A DNA stretch of 64,000 bases, from assembly GCA_900617105.1 (NCBI GenBank), contig UYFQ01000006.1:310001-374000 (forward strand), given 5' to 3'. Positions 20,882 to 30,677 of this stretch are shown one piece after another. Within the stretch, counting starts at the first letter, position 1; the number at the start of each line of letters is the position of its first letter. The position numbers and the translations under genes were made by a program. The notes under the pieces were generated by a model, which had not been told where the DNA came from, did no database searches, and saw only the letters and a list, made by a program, of their open reading frames with translations. This stretch comes from Hydrurus foetidus (Eukaryota).

Positions 20882-20894
20882 GGGTTGCTCCGAA

Positions 20895-22250
20895 TCAATG
20901 TACTGTGAGGGCGTGGTGAATGGCGTGGGCGGCGCGCTTGCCGTGGTCAACGGCTTCTACCGTCAAATCCCGCCCGCCATAGCGGCAATCGCCCCCGGCC
21001 CAAACGCCGGGCAAGTTGGTTTGACCGGCTTCGTCGGTGGCTATACGGCCACTGGTCAACGTGAGTCCGGTGTCAGCGAGCACGCTGCTGTCGGTTTTTT
21101 GGCCAATGGCTTTGAACACCATGTCAGCTTCGAACGTCTCAACGCTGCCGTCAACACGGGTAAATTTCACGGCAACAACAGCACCTTCCACGCCCAGCAT
21201 CTCCTGGGGTGACAAGCCGTGGTGGATGTTCACACCCTGCGTCAGCGCCCACTCTTGCTCTGCCCGTGAGGCGGACATGGCTTCTGGCCCGCGCCGGTAC
21301 ACCAAATGCACCGTCTGCGCACCCAGCAGCTTGGCCTGCACCGCAGCGTCCACAGCCGTCATGCCACCGCCTATGACGACGATACGGCGGCCTATGGGCA
21401 AGGTCGCCACGTCAGAGGCTTGGCGCAACTCCGCGATGAAGTCCACCGCGTTGCGCACGCCGCTCAAGGTTTCGCCGGGGATGTTCAGGGCGGCAACGGT
21501 GCTCAGGCCCAGGCCCAAAAACACCGCGTCAAAGCTCCCCTTTAGCGCCTTCAGACTGCTACCCCCCGTGAAATGCCAACCGTGGGTGATGTGGATGCCG
21601 CCAATGGCCAGCAACCAGTCCAGCTCTTGCTGCGCGAAATCACCTGTGGTTTTGTAGCTGGCTAAACCGTATTCGTTCAAGCCGCCCGCCTTGGGACGCG
21701 CTTCATGGATCACCACGTCATTCCCCAAGCGGGCCAAGGTGTGCGCACAGGCCAAGCCCGCAGGGCCAGAGCCGACCACCGCAATGCGTTTGCCTGTGGG
21801 TGCAGCACGGGTGAACAACTGCGGCTGGTCGCTGTGCATCACCGCATCAACGGCGTGGCGTTGCAGGCGGCCAATGGCGATGGGCTGGTCTTGTTGGGTG
21901 TTTCGCACGCACACCTGCTCGCACAGCACCTCGGTGGGGCAAACACGGGCACACATGCCACCCAGCGGATTGGATTCCAAAATAGTGCGCGCCGCACCAC
22001 GCAAGTTGCCATCGGCAATGCGTTTGATGAAGCTGGGCACGTCAATGTCGGTCGGGCAAGCCTGCTGGCAAGGCGCATCAAAGCAGTACAGACAGCGCTC
22101 AGCCTCCAGCATGGCCTGCGAGGCGGTCAGGGGCGGCGTGGCATCCGCAAAGTTGTGCGCGTACTGGGCGGGGGTGAGGCGACCAGAGCGGATATCGGGG
22201 GAAATACCAGGGTGTGTACCTGGAGGGGTATCGATGGAGAGGGCCGTCAC
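20895..22250 (-). CDS. preT: Dihydropyrimidine dehydrogenase subunit PreT (GltD-like)
   Basis: RCLYCFDAPC, CARVCP, GSGPAG, GGGMTAVD; GTG start with AGGAG SD; directly upstream of preA. Confidence 0.92.
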   Translation of the reverse strand: MTALSIDTPPGTHPGISPDIRSGRLTPAQYAHNFADATPPLTASQAMLEAERCLYCFDAPCQQACPTDIDVPSFIKRIADGNLRGAARTILESNPLGGMCARVCPTEVLCEQVCVRNTQQDQPIAIGRLQRHAVDAVMHSDQPQLFTRAAPTGKRIAVVGSGPAGLACAHTLARLGNDVVIHEARPKAGGLNEYGLASYKTTGDFAQQELDWLLAIGGIHITHGWHFTGGSSLKALKGSFDAVFLGLGLSTVAALNIPGETLSGVRNAVDFIAELRQASDVATLPIGRRIVVIGGGMTAVDAAVQAKLLGAQTVHLVYRRGPEAMSASRAEQEWALTQGVNIHHGLSPQEMLGVEGAVVAVKFTRVDGSVETFEADMVFKAIGQKTDSSVLADTGLTLTSGRIATDEAGQTNLPGVWAGGDCRYGGRDLTVEAVDHGKRAAHAIHHALTVH

Positions 22251-22302
22251 GTGAACTCCTTTCAACGCCACTGCACTGAACAGGGGCGAAATCGTTAAAT
22301 TC

Positions 22303-22318
22303 CTGACCAAACGGTCAA
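22303..22318. promoter_or_regulatory. Putative RutR/PydR-type operator
   Basis: Minus strand TTGACCGTTTGGTCAG versus RutR consensus TTGACCAnnTGGTCAA; lies between the sigma54 promoter and preT. Confidence 0.7.
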
Positions 22319-22334
22319 GTTATAGCAACGATAG

Positions 22335-22350
22335 AGCAATCAGCGTGCCA
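22335..22350 (-). promoter_or_regulatory. Sigma54 (RpoN) -24/-12 promoter of the pyrimidine operon
   Basis: Minus strand TGGCACGCTGATTGCT matches TGGCACG-N4-TTGCW exactly. Confidence 0.8.
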
Positions 22351-22591
22351 GGGACATAGGGATTTACCGGGGGTGGAGAGATTTGCGTGGGACGCTAAAG
22401 TGCACACTCTTTGGATGGAAAGAGTAAGCACAATCACATCCGCTAAAATCAGACTGTGATTCAATTCATGAATTGCCGTAAGCGTTTACGTCAATCAACG
22501 CACCAACCGCCGCCGGCCATGCCGGAGCTGTAATCTTCTGGCCTTACGTGGCTTGAAGAGGTGCTTTGCTTGTCCGGCTTATGGAGTTTTT

Positions 22592-22864
22592 ATGAATATG
22601 TCTGATCGCCCCAAGAAAACTTTTCTTGGCCTGCCCAAACTCCCGGCCCGTTCTGCGGCCTGGGTCATGCCTCTTCTGCTTTCCATTTTGATGACGTTCA
22701 TTGTCTCTATGGTCAGTACCTTGCGGAGCATAGGACTGTCTCCTGATATGCCAAGAATCTGGCTCAGTGCGTGGGGCCTGTCGTGGGTCTTTGCGTTCCC
22801 CACACTCCTGATGGTGCTTCCGTTGGTGAGGAAGGCAACTGCTGCCATCGTAGATATGGCGTAG
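22592..22864 (+). CDS. DUF2798-like small membrane protein
   Basis: LLSILMTFIVS...WLSAWGLSWVFAFPTLLMVLPLVRK pattern; GGAG upstream. Confidence 0.75.
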   Translation: MNMSDRPKKTFLGLPKLPARSAAWVMPLLLSILMTFIVSMVSTLRSIGLSPDMPRIWLSAWGLSWVFAFPTLLMVLPLVRKATAAIVDMA

Positions 22865-22999
22865 TTTTCTGTCAGGCGGGCATGTTCAGGTTGGCAACAA
22901 CCTTGGCATGCCTGCTACTTCCAGCGTGGGTCAACCAGGCTGTATACCCAATTCCAATAGTCATCACCAGCTATCTATTCAATAGCAAAATTGCGCTAC

Positions 23000-23347
23000 T
23001 CAAGCCGTTGCATACAGCAAGCTAATCACCTCCCGTACCAGTGCTGCCGTTGCCGCATCAATTTTCCCAATGTGCTTTTGCAGCCTATGACGACTCACCG
23101 TGCGGATTTGGTCTACGGCGATTTCACCCGGTTGCCCTGCGCATTCGCACTGCACGCGGCTGGCCCAGGTGGGGTGCAGTTGGCTGGTGAAGGGGCAAAT
23201 CACCACAGTTTCCAATCGCTTGTTCATCGCATCCGGGCTGACAACCAGCACGGGGCGGGTTTTAGCGATTTCACTGCCCTGTGTGGGGTCGAGATGGGCC
23301 CAGTAAAGGTGGTAGCGCTGGAGGTTGAGAGGCGGTTTCAAAGCCAT
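23000..23347 (-). CDS. Type II TA toxin, PemK/MazF family endoribonuclease
   Basis: LDPTQGSEIAKTRPVLVVSPD, VICPFTS, VDQIRTVS. Confidence 0.92.
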   Translation of the reverse strand: MALKPPLNLQRYHLYWAHLDPTQGSEIAKTRPVLVVSPDAMNKRLETVVICPFTSQLHPTWASRVQCECAGQPGEIAVDQIRTVSRHRLQKHIGKIDAATAALVREVISLLYATA

Positions 23348-23362
23348 GGCCCGATCCCCAAA

Positions 23363-23650
23363 TTACCAGACCAGTTTGTCTAAACCGTCAGCCGCAGTGG
23401 CGTCCCAGTCGCTACCGCTTTGGCCCCAGTTTTCTTGTGCTGCGGCCATTTCAGTGAAGGTCTGCTCCAAGGTCGCTTTGCCTTGGTGGATGCCGCGCAA
23501 CAAGATGCCATCAGGGCGTTGCTCCGCGATGACGGCGTGTTCCATGCCGTACTTTTGCAACAGCGGGCGGGACAATCGCACGCCGTAAGAATTACCTATG
23601 GCGACGAGCTTGAGGTTGAGGGAACCAGGGGTGGCAACAGCGGTAGGCAT
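23363..23650 (-). CDS. Type II TA antitoxin, AbrB/MazE family
   Basis: KLVAIGNSYGVRL swapped-hairpin motif, acidic DWD...DGLD tail; directly upstream of the toxin. Confidence 0.88.
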   Translation of the reverse strand: MPTAVATPGSLNLKLVAIGNSYGVRLSRPLLQKYGMEHAVIAEQRPDGILLRGIHQGKATLEQTFTEMAAAQENWGQSGSDWDATAADGLDKLVW

Positions 23651-23694
23651 GATTTTACGTGAGTACGGTAATTACGTCATTTTGCCACTGAACG

Positions 23695-24930
23695 TCACTG
23701 TGCAACCAGCAGTACAGCCCTGAACGCCTCTAAAGCCCGGTCGATCAAAGCCCGTGTGATCGTCAGTGGTGGCGCAAAGCGGATCACGGTTTCGTGGGTT
23801 TCTTTGGACAGGACACCGTGCTGGGCAAGAAGCTCCACGAGGTGGCGGGCACTGGCGAAGGCGGGGTCAATGTCCACGCCCACCCACAGGCCACGGCCCC
23901 GCACGGCACGGATCAGCGGGGATTGGATGGCTTGCAAACCGGCCAGCAGGTAGGCACCTTGCTCGGCGCTGCGCTCGACGAGGTGTTCGTCTTCTAGAAC
24001 CAGCAAGGCTTCCAAGCCCACGGCGGCGGCCAAGGCGTTGCCGCCGAAGGTGGAGCCGTGGCTGCCGGGGTTGAACACGTCCATCACCGCGTTGTTCGCC
24101 AAAAATGCACTGACAGGCAGCAGGCCACCGCCCAGGGCTTTGCCCAGGATCAGCGCGTCGGGGCGGATGCCTTCGTGTTCAAACGCAAACCAGCGCCCGG
24201 TGCGACCCAAGCCCGCTTGCACTTCGTCGTCGATCAGCAGGATGTTGTTCTGCGTACACCAGTCACGCAGTTCAGCAAAGAAGCCCACCGGGGGCAGCAC
24301 GATGCCGGCTTCGCCCTGGATGGGCTCAATCAGCACGGCACAGGTGTTGGCCGTGGTGGCCGCACGCACGCTGGCCATGTCACCAAAATCGAAAAAGGCA
24401 AAACCGGGGGTGAACGGGCCAAAACCAGCACGGTAGTCCGCCTCGCTGGACGCACTGATGACGGTGGTGGTGCGGCCATGGAAGTTGTTGCGGGCCACCA
24501 GGATTTGCGCCTGACCATCAGCAATGCCTTTGACGCGGTAGCTCCAGCGGCGGGCGCATTTGATGGCGGTTTCTACAGCTTCTGCGCCGGTGTTCATCGG
24601 CAAAGCGCGCTCGAACCCCGACACCTCGCACAGCTTTTGCAGGAACGGCCCCAAGGTGGTGCCGTGGTACGCCCGGGAAGTGACGGCCACTTTGCCCAAC
24701 TGCGCCTGCGCCGCGGCGACCAGACGCGGGTGCAAATGGCCGTGGCTGACTGCCGAATACGCACTCATCATGTCAAGGTATTCGCGGCCCTCCACATCCC
24801 ACACCAAACAATCGAGGGCATGGTCGACGACGACCGGGACAGGGTGGTAGTTTTTGGCACAGAAATGGGCCTCTGTGCTTATGTAATCTGCGGTAGACGC
24901 TATGTTTTTTGATTCGGTAGATGTGACCAT
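23695..24930 (-). CDS. rocD: Ornithine--oxo-acid aminotransferase
   Basis: NYHPVPVV, YLDMMSAYSAVSHGH, PMNTGAEAVE, EPIQGEAG, DEVQAGLGRTG, LGKALGGG, HGSTFGGN. Confidence 0.9.
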   Translation of the reverse strand: MVTSTESKNIASTADYISTEAHFCAKNYHPVPVVVDHALDCLVWDVEGREYLDMMSAYSAVSHGHLHPRLVAAAQAQLGKVAVTSRAYHGTTLGPFLQKLCEVSGFERALPMNTGAEAVETAIKCARRWSYRVKGIADGQAQILVARNNFHGRTTTVISASSEADYRAGFGPFTPGFAFFDFGDMASVRAATTANTCAVLIEPIQGEAGIVLPPVGFFAELRDWCTQNNILLIDDEVQAGLGRTGRWFAFEHEGIRPDALILGKALGGGLLPVSAFLANNAVMDVFNPGSHGSTFGGNALAAAVGLEALLVLEDEHLVERSAEQGAYLLAGLQAIQSPLIRAVRGRGLWVGVDIDPAFASARHLVELLAQHGVLSKETHETVIRFAPPLTITRALIDRALEAFRAVLLVAQ

Positions 24931-25063
24931 GAGAATGCTCCTGAGTTGGAACAAGTCTAGGCTTGGCGCCTGCCTCCACATGGCTGAATGGGGATGCGCG
25001 GGTGGCGGTTTCGGCAGAAATGAAGCGTAAGGACTGCCGAATCGGCAGTGGCAAAGCAACGGC

Positions 25064-25534
25064 TTACGCTCTGGGCAGCGGAAACCCCGTGAACTCCTTC
25101 ACCGTCGCCAGTTCGATGTTGGTCACGATCTTTTCCACCCCCAGCGCCGCGTCGTCCAGCCAGGCACTGATGAGAGCGTGGTAGCGGGTCAGATCGGGGC
25201 AGGCGATGCGCACGAGGTAGTCGTAACGGCCACTGATGATGTAGCAGGCAGCCACCTCGGGGGTAGCGGCCATGCGGCGCTCAAACTGCTGCACCACGGT
25301 TTGGCGCTGGTCTTTGAGGGCGATTTCAGCGAAGACGGAAATGTGTTCGCCCAGCGCTGCACGGTTCACCAAGGCACAGTAGCCTTGGATGATGCCAAGC
25401 GCTTCGAGCTGGCGCACGCGGTTCAGCGTGGCGCGGGGCGAGAGGTGGATGGCTTCGGACAGCGCCTGGACGGTGGCGCGGCCATCGGCTTGCAACAGCG
25501 CCAGCAGGTGGAGGTTGGCGCGGTCAAGTTGCAT
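25064..25534 (-). CDS. Lrp/AsnC-family transcriptional regulator
   Basis: LQADGR HTH, GIIQGY, ISGRYDYLVRI; adjacent to rocD. Confidence 0.9.
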   Translation of the reverse strand: MQLDRANLHLLALLQADGRATVQALSEAIHLSPRATLNRVRQLEALGIIQGYCALVNRAALGEHISVFAEIALKDQRQTVVQQFERRMAATPEVAACYIISGRYDYLVRIACPDLTRYHALISAWLDDAALGVEKIVTNIELATVKEFTGFPLPRA

Positions 25535-25562
25535 GGTGCGTTGGTGCGTTGGTGCGTTGGTG
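25534..25562. repeat. 8-bp tandem repeat (TGGTGCGT) x about 3.6
   Basis: tggtgcgt tggtgcgt tggtgcgt tggtg, abutting the Lrp start codon. Confidence 0.85.
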
Positions 25563-25573
25563 AAGGCCTGACC

Positions 25574-26119
25574 TTACAGCGCCTTGACCGCAGACAAGCG
25601 GCGCATCAGCTGCTGCACGATGTCGCTCTGCATGTCGCGGTAGAGCAGGGCTTCTTCGGCCTCTTTGGAGAGCACCACCGATTCGTTGAAACTGATGTCG
25701 CGCTGTTGCACGATGTCAGCATCAGGAATCAGGTCTTTACCATCAGGCGTGCGCAGGCGAAAGCGAAAGCGCATGCGCAGCTGGAATTCGCGCACTTGGC
25801 CGGAAGCGTTCAGGCCCACGACAACCTTTTCGCGGGTTTCACTCAGCACGTCCAAAATAACCTGGGCCTTGTCTTTCTCCGTCATGTCCAGCACCTGAAC
25901 CGAGGCGTTGGACGCCATATTGCGCCGCACTTCGTTGCCCAAGGCGGAATTAGGCGCAAAACCCAGAGCGATGCGACTGAAGACGAAATTAGGCGCACCG
26001 CGCAGCTTGAAGCCGCAGCCGGTGAGCGTGCCCACCGCTGCGACCATAGCCGCAGCCCCAGCCCTATGAAGAAGGTGGCGACGCGACAAGGTGTGTGACG
26101 GTGATGGCAACATGGGCAT
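25574..26119 (-). CDS. lptE: LPS assembly lipoprotein LptE
   Basis: Lipobox LTGC-GFKLRG, QRDISFNES, KEAEEALLYRDM; follows leuS. Exact start uncertain. Confidence 0.9.
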   Translation of the reverse strand: MPMLPSPSHTLSRRHLLHRAGAAAMVAAVGTLTGCGFKLRGAPNFVFSRIALGFAPNSALGNEVRRNMASNASVQVLDMTEKDKAQVILDVLSETREKVVVGLNASGQVREFQLRMRFRFRLRTPDGKDLIPDADIVQQRDISFNESVVLSKEAEEALLYRDMQSDIVQQLMRRLSAVKAL

Positions 26120-26139
26120 GGTCAATCTGGCCTCAAATT

Positions 26140-28815
26140 TCAAATCACGATGTTGACCAAGCGGCCTGGCACCACAATGACCTTTTTGGGCGCTGCGCCG
26201 TCGGCCAGTTTGGTGAACACCTCGCTGTGCAGCGCGATGGTTTCAATCGCTTCTTTGGTGGCTTTGGCAGGCACCAGGATGGCACCGCGCAGCTTGCCGT
26301 TGATTTGCAACATCAGCTCCAGCTCGTCTTGCACCAGGGCGGACTCGTCCACCTCGGTCCAGGCGGTGTCCAGCAGGTCGCCACAGCAGGCGGCGTAACC
26401 CAAGTCTTTCCACAGGGCGAAGGCGATGTGCGGGCACACGGGGTAGAGCACACGCAACAGGATGCTGAAGCATTCAGCCAACGCGGCGGCTTCTTCGCGG
26501 CTGTCACCCAGCTTGGCATCTTCCAGCGTGTTGAGCATCTTCATCACGGCAGAGACCACCGTGTTGTACTGCATGCGCTCGTAGTCGTAGTTGGCTTGGC
26601 GCAGAACGCTATGGATATCGAAGCGCAATGTCTTGGCTGCACCGGCGAAAGTGATGGGTTGGCTGCGGTCAACCGCGATACCTGCCTTCAAGGTGGCTTC
26701 GTGTTTAGCGGCGAAAGCCCAAACACGTTTGAGGAAGCGGAAGCTGCCCTCCACCGCCGCATCATTCCACTCCAGCGTGGCCTCGGGCGGTGCGGTGAAC
26801 ATGGTGTAGAGGCGGGCGGTGTCTGCACCGTAGCGGGTAATCAGGTCTTGCGGATCTACGCCGTTGTTTTTGGACTTGGACATGGTGCCCACGCCCTCGT
26901 AATCAATCGCCGTGCCCACAGGCAGAGCGCCCACCGCATTGATGAGCCGTGCGCCGGTGACTTTGCCTGCCGCGTCCATCACATGTTCCACGTCATGCGG
27001 CCAGAAATATTCTTTGCCGCCTTTCTCGGTTTTGCGCGAGTAGATGTGGTTGAGCACCATGCCTTGCGTCAGCAGCTTGGTGAAAGGCTCGTCGACGGTC
27101 ACGAGGCCCAAATCACGCATCACTTTCGTCCAAAAACGAGCGTACAGCAGGTGCAAGATGGCGTGTTCGATGCCGCCGATGTACTGGTCCATCGGTGCCC
27201 AGTAAGCCGCACCTTCACCAACCATTGCCTCTGTGTTTTTGGGATCACAGTACCGCATGTAGTACCAAGACGAATCCACGAAGGTGTCCATCGTGTCGGT
27301 TTCGCGCCGGGCGGGCTTGCCGCACACCGGGCAGACGACACCGGCGTGGAAGCCTTCGTGCTTGTGCAGCGGGTTGCCGGAACCGTCAGGGATGCAGTCT
27401 TTAGGCAGCACCACGGGCAGGTCTTTTTCCGGCACAGGCACCGCGCCATGCTCTTCGCAATGGATGATGGGGATGGGCGTGCCCCAGTAGCGCTGACGGG
27501 AAACACCCCAGTCACGCAAACGCCAAGTGGTTTTCTTATTCCCCAAGCCCTTGACTTCCAAGGCGTGAGCAACAGCGTTCACCGCGTCTTTGAACGTCAT
27601 GCCGCTGAAGTTGCCGGAATTGATGGTGACACCGCGTTGCTTATCGCCGTAGCAGTCGTGCCACTGGTCGTAGTTGAACACATGACCCTCAACATGGACG
27701 ACTTCCTGGATGCGCAGATCGTACTTTTTGGCAAACGCAAAATCGCGTTCATCGTGCGCGGGCACGCCCATCACAGCGCCGTCGCCGTAGCCCATCAGCA
27801 CGTAGTTGCCGACCCAGACTTCAATCTGCTGGCCGTTCAGCGGGTGGGTGACGAACAGGCCGGTGGCCATGCCTTTCTTCTCTTGTGTGGCGAGTTCTGC
27901 CTCGGTGGTGCCGCCGGATTTGCAGTCTGCGATGAAGGCGGTGAGCGCGGGATTGGTGCTGGCCGCATGCAGCGCCAGCGGGTGCTCAGGGGCCACGGCG
28001 CAGAAGGTCACGCCCATGATGGTGTCGGCGCGGGTGGTGAACACGTACATCTTGCCGTCACCGATCAACGCGCCGTCCGCGCCCTTGATCTCGTGAGGGA
28101 AGGCAATGCGCACGCCCTCGCTCTTGCCAATCCAGTTCTCTTGCATCAGCTTGACGCGCTCGGGCCAGCCGGGGAGTTTGTTTTGCACCGAGTCGAGCAG
28201 CTCTTCGGCGTAGTCGGTGATCTTGAGGTAATAGCCTGGAATCTCGCGCTTTTCCACCACCGCGCCGGTGCGCCAGCCTTTGCCGTCGATCACCTGCTCA
28301 TTGGCCAACACGGTCATGTCCACCGGGTCCCAGTTGACGATTTGGGTCTTGCGGTAGGCGATGCCTTTTTCGAGCATCTTCAAAAACAGCCACTGGTTCC
28401 ACTTGTAGTAGGTCGGGTCGCAGGTGGCGATCTCACGGCTCCAGTCCACAGCCAAGCCCATCGCTTGCATCTGCTTCTTCATGTACGCGATGTTGTCGTA
28501 CGTCCACTGGGCGGGGGGCACGCCGTTTTTCAGCGCCGCGTTTTCAGCAGGCAGACCAAACGCATCCCAACCCATCGGCATCAACACATTGAAGCCCTTC
28601 ATGCGCAAGTGGCGCGTGAGCATGTCGTTGATGGTGTAGTTGCGCACATGGCCCATGTGCAGCTTGCCGCTGGGGTAGGGCAGCATGGAGCAGGCGTAGT
28701 ATTTTTGACGGCTCGTGTCTTCTGTGACACGGTAAACGTCGCCCGCCGTCCAGGTGGATTGGACGGCTTGCTCGATAGCGGACGGGGCGTACAGGGGTGT
28801 GAAAGTATCTTGCAT
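26140..28815 (-). CDS. leuS: Leucine--tRNA ligase
   Basis: HMGH (HIGH) motif, [18 protein letters not shown] (KMSKS), C-terminal VPGRLVNIV. Confidence 0.98.
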   Translation of the reverse strand: MQDTFTPLYAPSAIEQAVQSTWTAGDVYRVTEDTSRQKYYACSMLPYPSGKLHMGHVRNYTINDMLTRHLRMKGFNVLMPMGWDAFGLPAENAALKNGVPPAQWTYDNIAYMKKQMQAMGLAVDWSREIATCDPTYYKWNQWLFLKMLEKGIAYRKTQIVNWDPVDMTVLANEQVIDGKGWRTGAVVEKREIPGYYLKITDYAEELLDSVQNKLPGWPERVKLMQENWIGKSEGVRIAFPHEIKGADGALIGDGKMYVFTTRADTIMGVTFCAVAPEHPLALHAASTNPALTAFIADCKSGGTTEAELATQEKKGMATGLFVTHPLNGQQIEVWVGNYVLMGYGDGAVMGVPAHDERDFAFAKKYDLRIQEVVHVEGHVFNYDQWHDCYGDKQRGVTINSGNFSGMTFKDAVNAVAHALEVKGLGNKKTTWRLRDWGVSRQRYWGTPIPIIHCEEHGAVPVPEKDLPVVLPKDCIPDGSGNPLHKHEGFHAGVVCPVCGKPARRETDTMDTFVDSSWYYMRYCDPKNTEAMVGEGAAYWAPMDQYIGGIEHAILHLLYARFWTKVMRDLGLVTVDEPFTKLLTQGMVLNHIYSRKTEKGGKEYFWPHDVEHVMDAAGKVTGARLINAVGALPVGTAIDYEGVGTMSKSKNNGVDPQDLITRYGADTARLYTMFTAPPEATLEWNDAAVEGSFRFLKRVWAFAAKHEATLKAGIAVDRSQPITFAGAAKTLRFDIHSVLRQANYDYERMQYNTVVSAVMKMLNTLEDAKLGDSREEAAALAECFSILLRVLYPVCPHIAFALWKDLGYAACCGDLLDTAWTEVDESALVQDELELMLQINGKLRGAILVPAKATKEAIETIALHSEVFTKLADGAAPKKVIVVPGRLVNIVI

Positions 28816-28874
28816 GGGGAGGCGGTTCAGGACGGAGCCGGATTAAGAGAGAAATAAGAGTTTGGAAAAAGTTT

Positions 28875-29294
28875 TCACCGGTCGTTGGCCTCGTCTCGGT
28901 CAAACTTGAAATCGGCAGGCAAGGGCGCACGGTAAATACGCATAGCTTGCAACCGTTCTAGCCTGTCCGGTGAACCCCACTGAAGCCGAAGCACTTGGTT
29001 TGGTGGCAGGCTGGCTAGGGCAGCCAGCAAAGCTGGCACAAAACTTTGCGCTGTGGTTACGCGGTTATCGGGCGCCACCAAGACAATCACAGCAACCGGC
29101 AAGCTGGTGTTTTGTTGGAAGGGCAAATTTTGATCAAACGTGACCAAAACCTCAAACGCAGCAGCGACCATAGCAGTCATCAATATACCGTTCGATAAGC
29201 CCGAAAAACCAGCCGTTTGAGCGGTACGCACAAAATGACCATGTAACTCAAAGCCCAATGCACGGGGAACGGATTCGTCCAGCAAAACGCGCAT
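28875..29294 (-). CDS. PIN-like toxin (DUF5615 / Mut7-C-like) with C-terminal extension
   Basis: MRVLLDESVP, G-SNG-L, LVTFDQNLPFQQN; downstream of a DUF433 gene. Confidence 0.8.
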   Translation of the reverse strand: MRVLLDESVPRALGFELHGHFVRTAQTAGFSGLSNGILMTAMVAAAFEVLVTFDQNLPFQQNTSLPVAVIVLVAPDNRVTTAQSFVPALLAALASLPPNQVLRLQWGSPDRLERLQAMRIYRAPLPADFKFDRDEANDR

Positions 29295-29295
29295 A

Positions 29296-29502
29296 TCAAG
29301 CGGCAAGCAGGGCGTGACGGCTGTCTTCCAGCAACTGCACCGCTTGCTCACGCTTCACGGAGGGGAATTGGTCTAGGAATTCAGCCAAATCGTCACCGGC
29401 TTCCAGGTAATCAAACAGGCTTTTGACAGGAACGCGCGTACCCATAAAACAAGGGGTTCCCCCTAGCGTGTCAGGACGAATGCTAACGACGGTGCTGTTC
29501 AT
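29296..29502 (-). CDS. DUF433-family putative antitoxin
   Basis: LGGTPCFMGTRVPV...LFDYLEAG...FLDQFPSV; GGAG SD upstream. Confidence 0.88.
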   Translation of the reverse strand: MNSTVVSIRPDTLGGTPCFMGTRVPVKSLFDYLEAGDDLAEFLDQFPSVKREQAVQLLEDSRHALLAA

Positions 29503-29584
29503 ACATTTCTCCAAAAAAGCGGCGCTGTGGTGCGGTCTGAGTGCAAGCTTGTTGCCAGCGGCCATTGTGCCTCTGTCCTGCGTT

Positions 29585-30001
29585 TTACGGCTTAGGCTCC
29601 GCCACGAACCCAATCCGGTTCAGCCCCGCCTTTTGCGCGAGGCCCATGACCTCGACGACTTTGCCATAGGGCACGGTTTCATCGGCGCGCAATTGCACTT
29701 CGGTATCGGGGTTTTGCGCAGCAGTTTCCGTCAAACGTGCGGCCAGCGCGGGCAGTTCGATTTTTTGGTCGTTGAGGAAGGCTTGACCGGTTTTATCGAC
29801 CACCAGGGTGACAAATTTCGGCGCATCTCCGGCTGCGGTGCCGTCGGCTTTGGGCAAATCGAGGCGGATGCTGCTGGACAGCAGGGGCGCGGTGATGATG
29901 AAGATGACCAGCAGCACCATCATCACGTCCACCAGGGGGGTCATGTTGATTTCGCTCATGGGCTGGCTGCCCTTGGTGCGCTCTAAACGGCCAAAAGACA
30001 T
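29585..30001 (-). CDS. exbD: Biopolymer transport protein ExbD/TolR
   Basis: EINMTPLVDVMMVLLVIF, LRADETVPYG. Confidence 0.9.
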   Translation of the reverse strand: MSFGRLERTKGSQPMSEINMTPLVDVMMVLLVIFIITAPLLSSSIRLDLPKADGTAAGDAPKFVTLVVDKTGQAFLNDQKIELPALAARLTETAAQNPDTEVQLRADETVPYGKVVEVMGLAQKAGLNRIGFVAEPKP

Positions 30002-30014
30002 GGTGTTGTTGGCT

Positions 30015-30677
30015 TCAGGTCGGGCCAGAGGTGGGTGCGTCGGGATGGGCCATCAGCTCGCGCAGGTCGCGTGCGAAGCCTTCCAGGTCGGCTTCGATGC
30101 GGGCGATGCTGCGGCCCAGCACGTTGTAGGCGAGCACGGCGGGGAGGGCGACGGCCAGACCGGCGGCGGTCATGATGAGGGCTTCACCGACGGGGCCAGC
30201 GATTTTGTCGATGGTGATTTGACCGGCACCAGAGATGCTCATCAGCGCGTGGTAAATGCCCCAGACGGTGCCCAGCAGACCAACAAAGGGAGCAGTCGCG
30301 CCCACGGTGGCGAGCAGGACTTGACCGTACTGGAGTTTGTGCAAGATCTGGTGCAAGGCATCGCGCAACACGCGGGTGAGCTGCTGGGATTTGTCTCCAG
30401 CTGCAGCCAAGGTGCCTTTTGCTCCCAAATTAATAGCTGCAATCAGCGGTAATACGAGCATTTCACGGTCAAATGCTTTGATTTTGGGTTGTGCATCAGC
30501 GATGGAGCTGGCTTGCCAGAACGCCGCCGTGCTGCGGGCCACATCCACCGAGGCACGGTGCAGCAGCCAAGATTTCCAGAGAATAACGACCCAACTGGCC
30601 ACCGACATGGCCAACAGCATCAGCGCCACCAAGCGGCTGACGGCATCGCCTTGGGTAAACAGTTGCAGCGCGTTCAT
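30015..30677 (-). CDS. exbB: MotA/TolQ/ExbB proton channel protein
   Basis: [29 protein letters not shown]. Confidence 0.9.
   Translation of the reverse strand: MNALQLFTQGDAVSRLVALMLLAMSVASWVVILWKSWLLHRASVDVARSTAAFWQASSIADAQPKIKAFDREMLVLPLIAAINLGAKGTLAAAGDKSQQLTRVLRDALHQILHKLQYGQVLLATVGATAPFVGLLGTVWGIYHALMSISGAGQITIDKIAGPVGEALIMTAAGLAVALPAVLAYNVLGRSIARIEADLEGFARDLRELMAHPDAPTSGPT

Noticed and set aside
23668..23675. GTAATTAC palindrome upstream of the MazE-like antitoxin as TA operator
   Set aside because: Plausible but only 8 bp; too short to support from sequence alone.
26095..28857. 920-aa plus-strand ORF
   Set aside because: Exact antisense shadow of leuS; no recognisable motifs; expected in GC-rich DNA with biased codon use.
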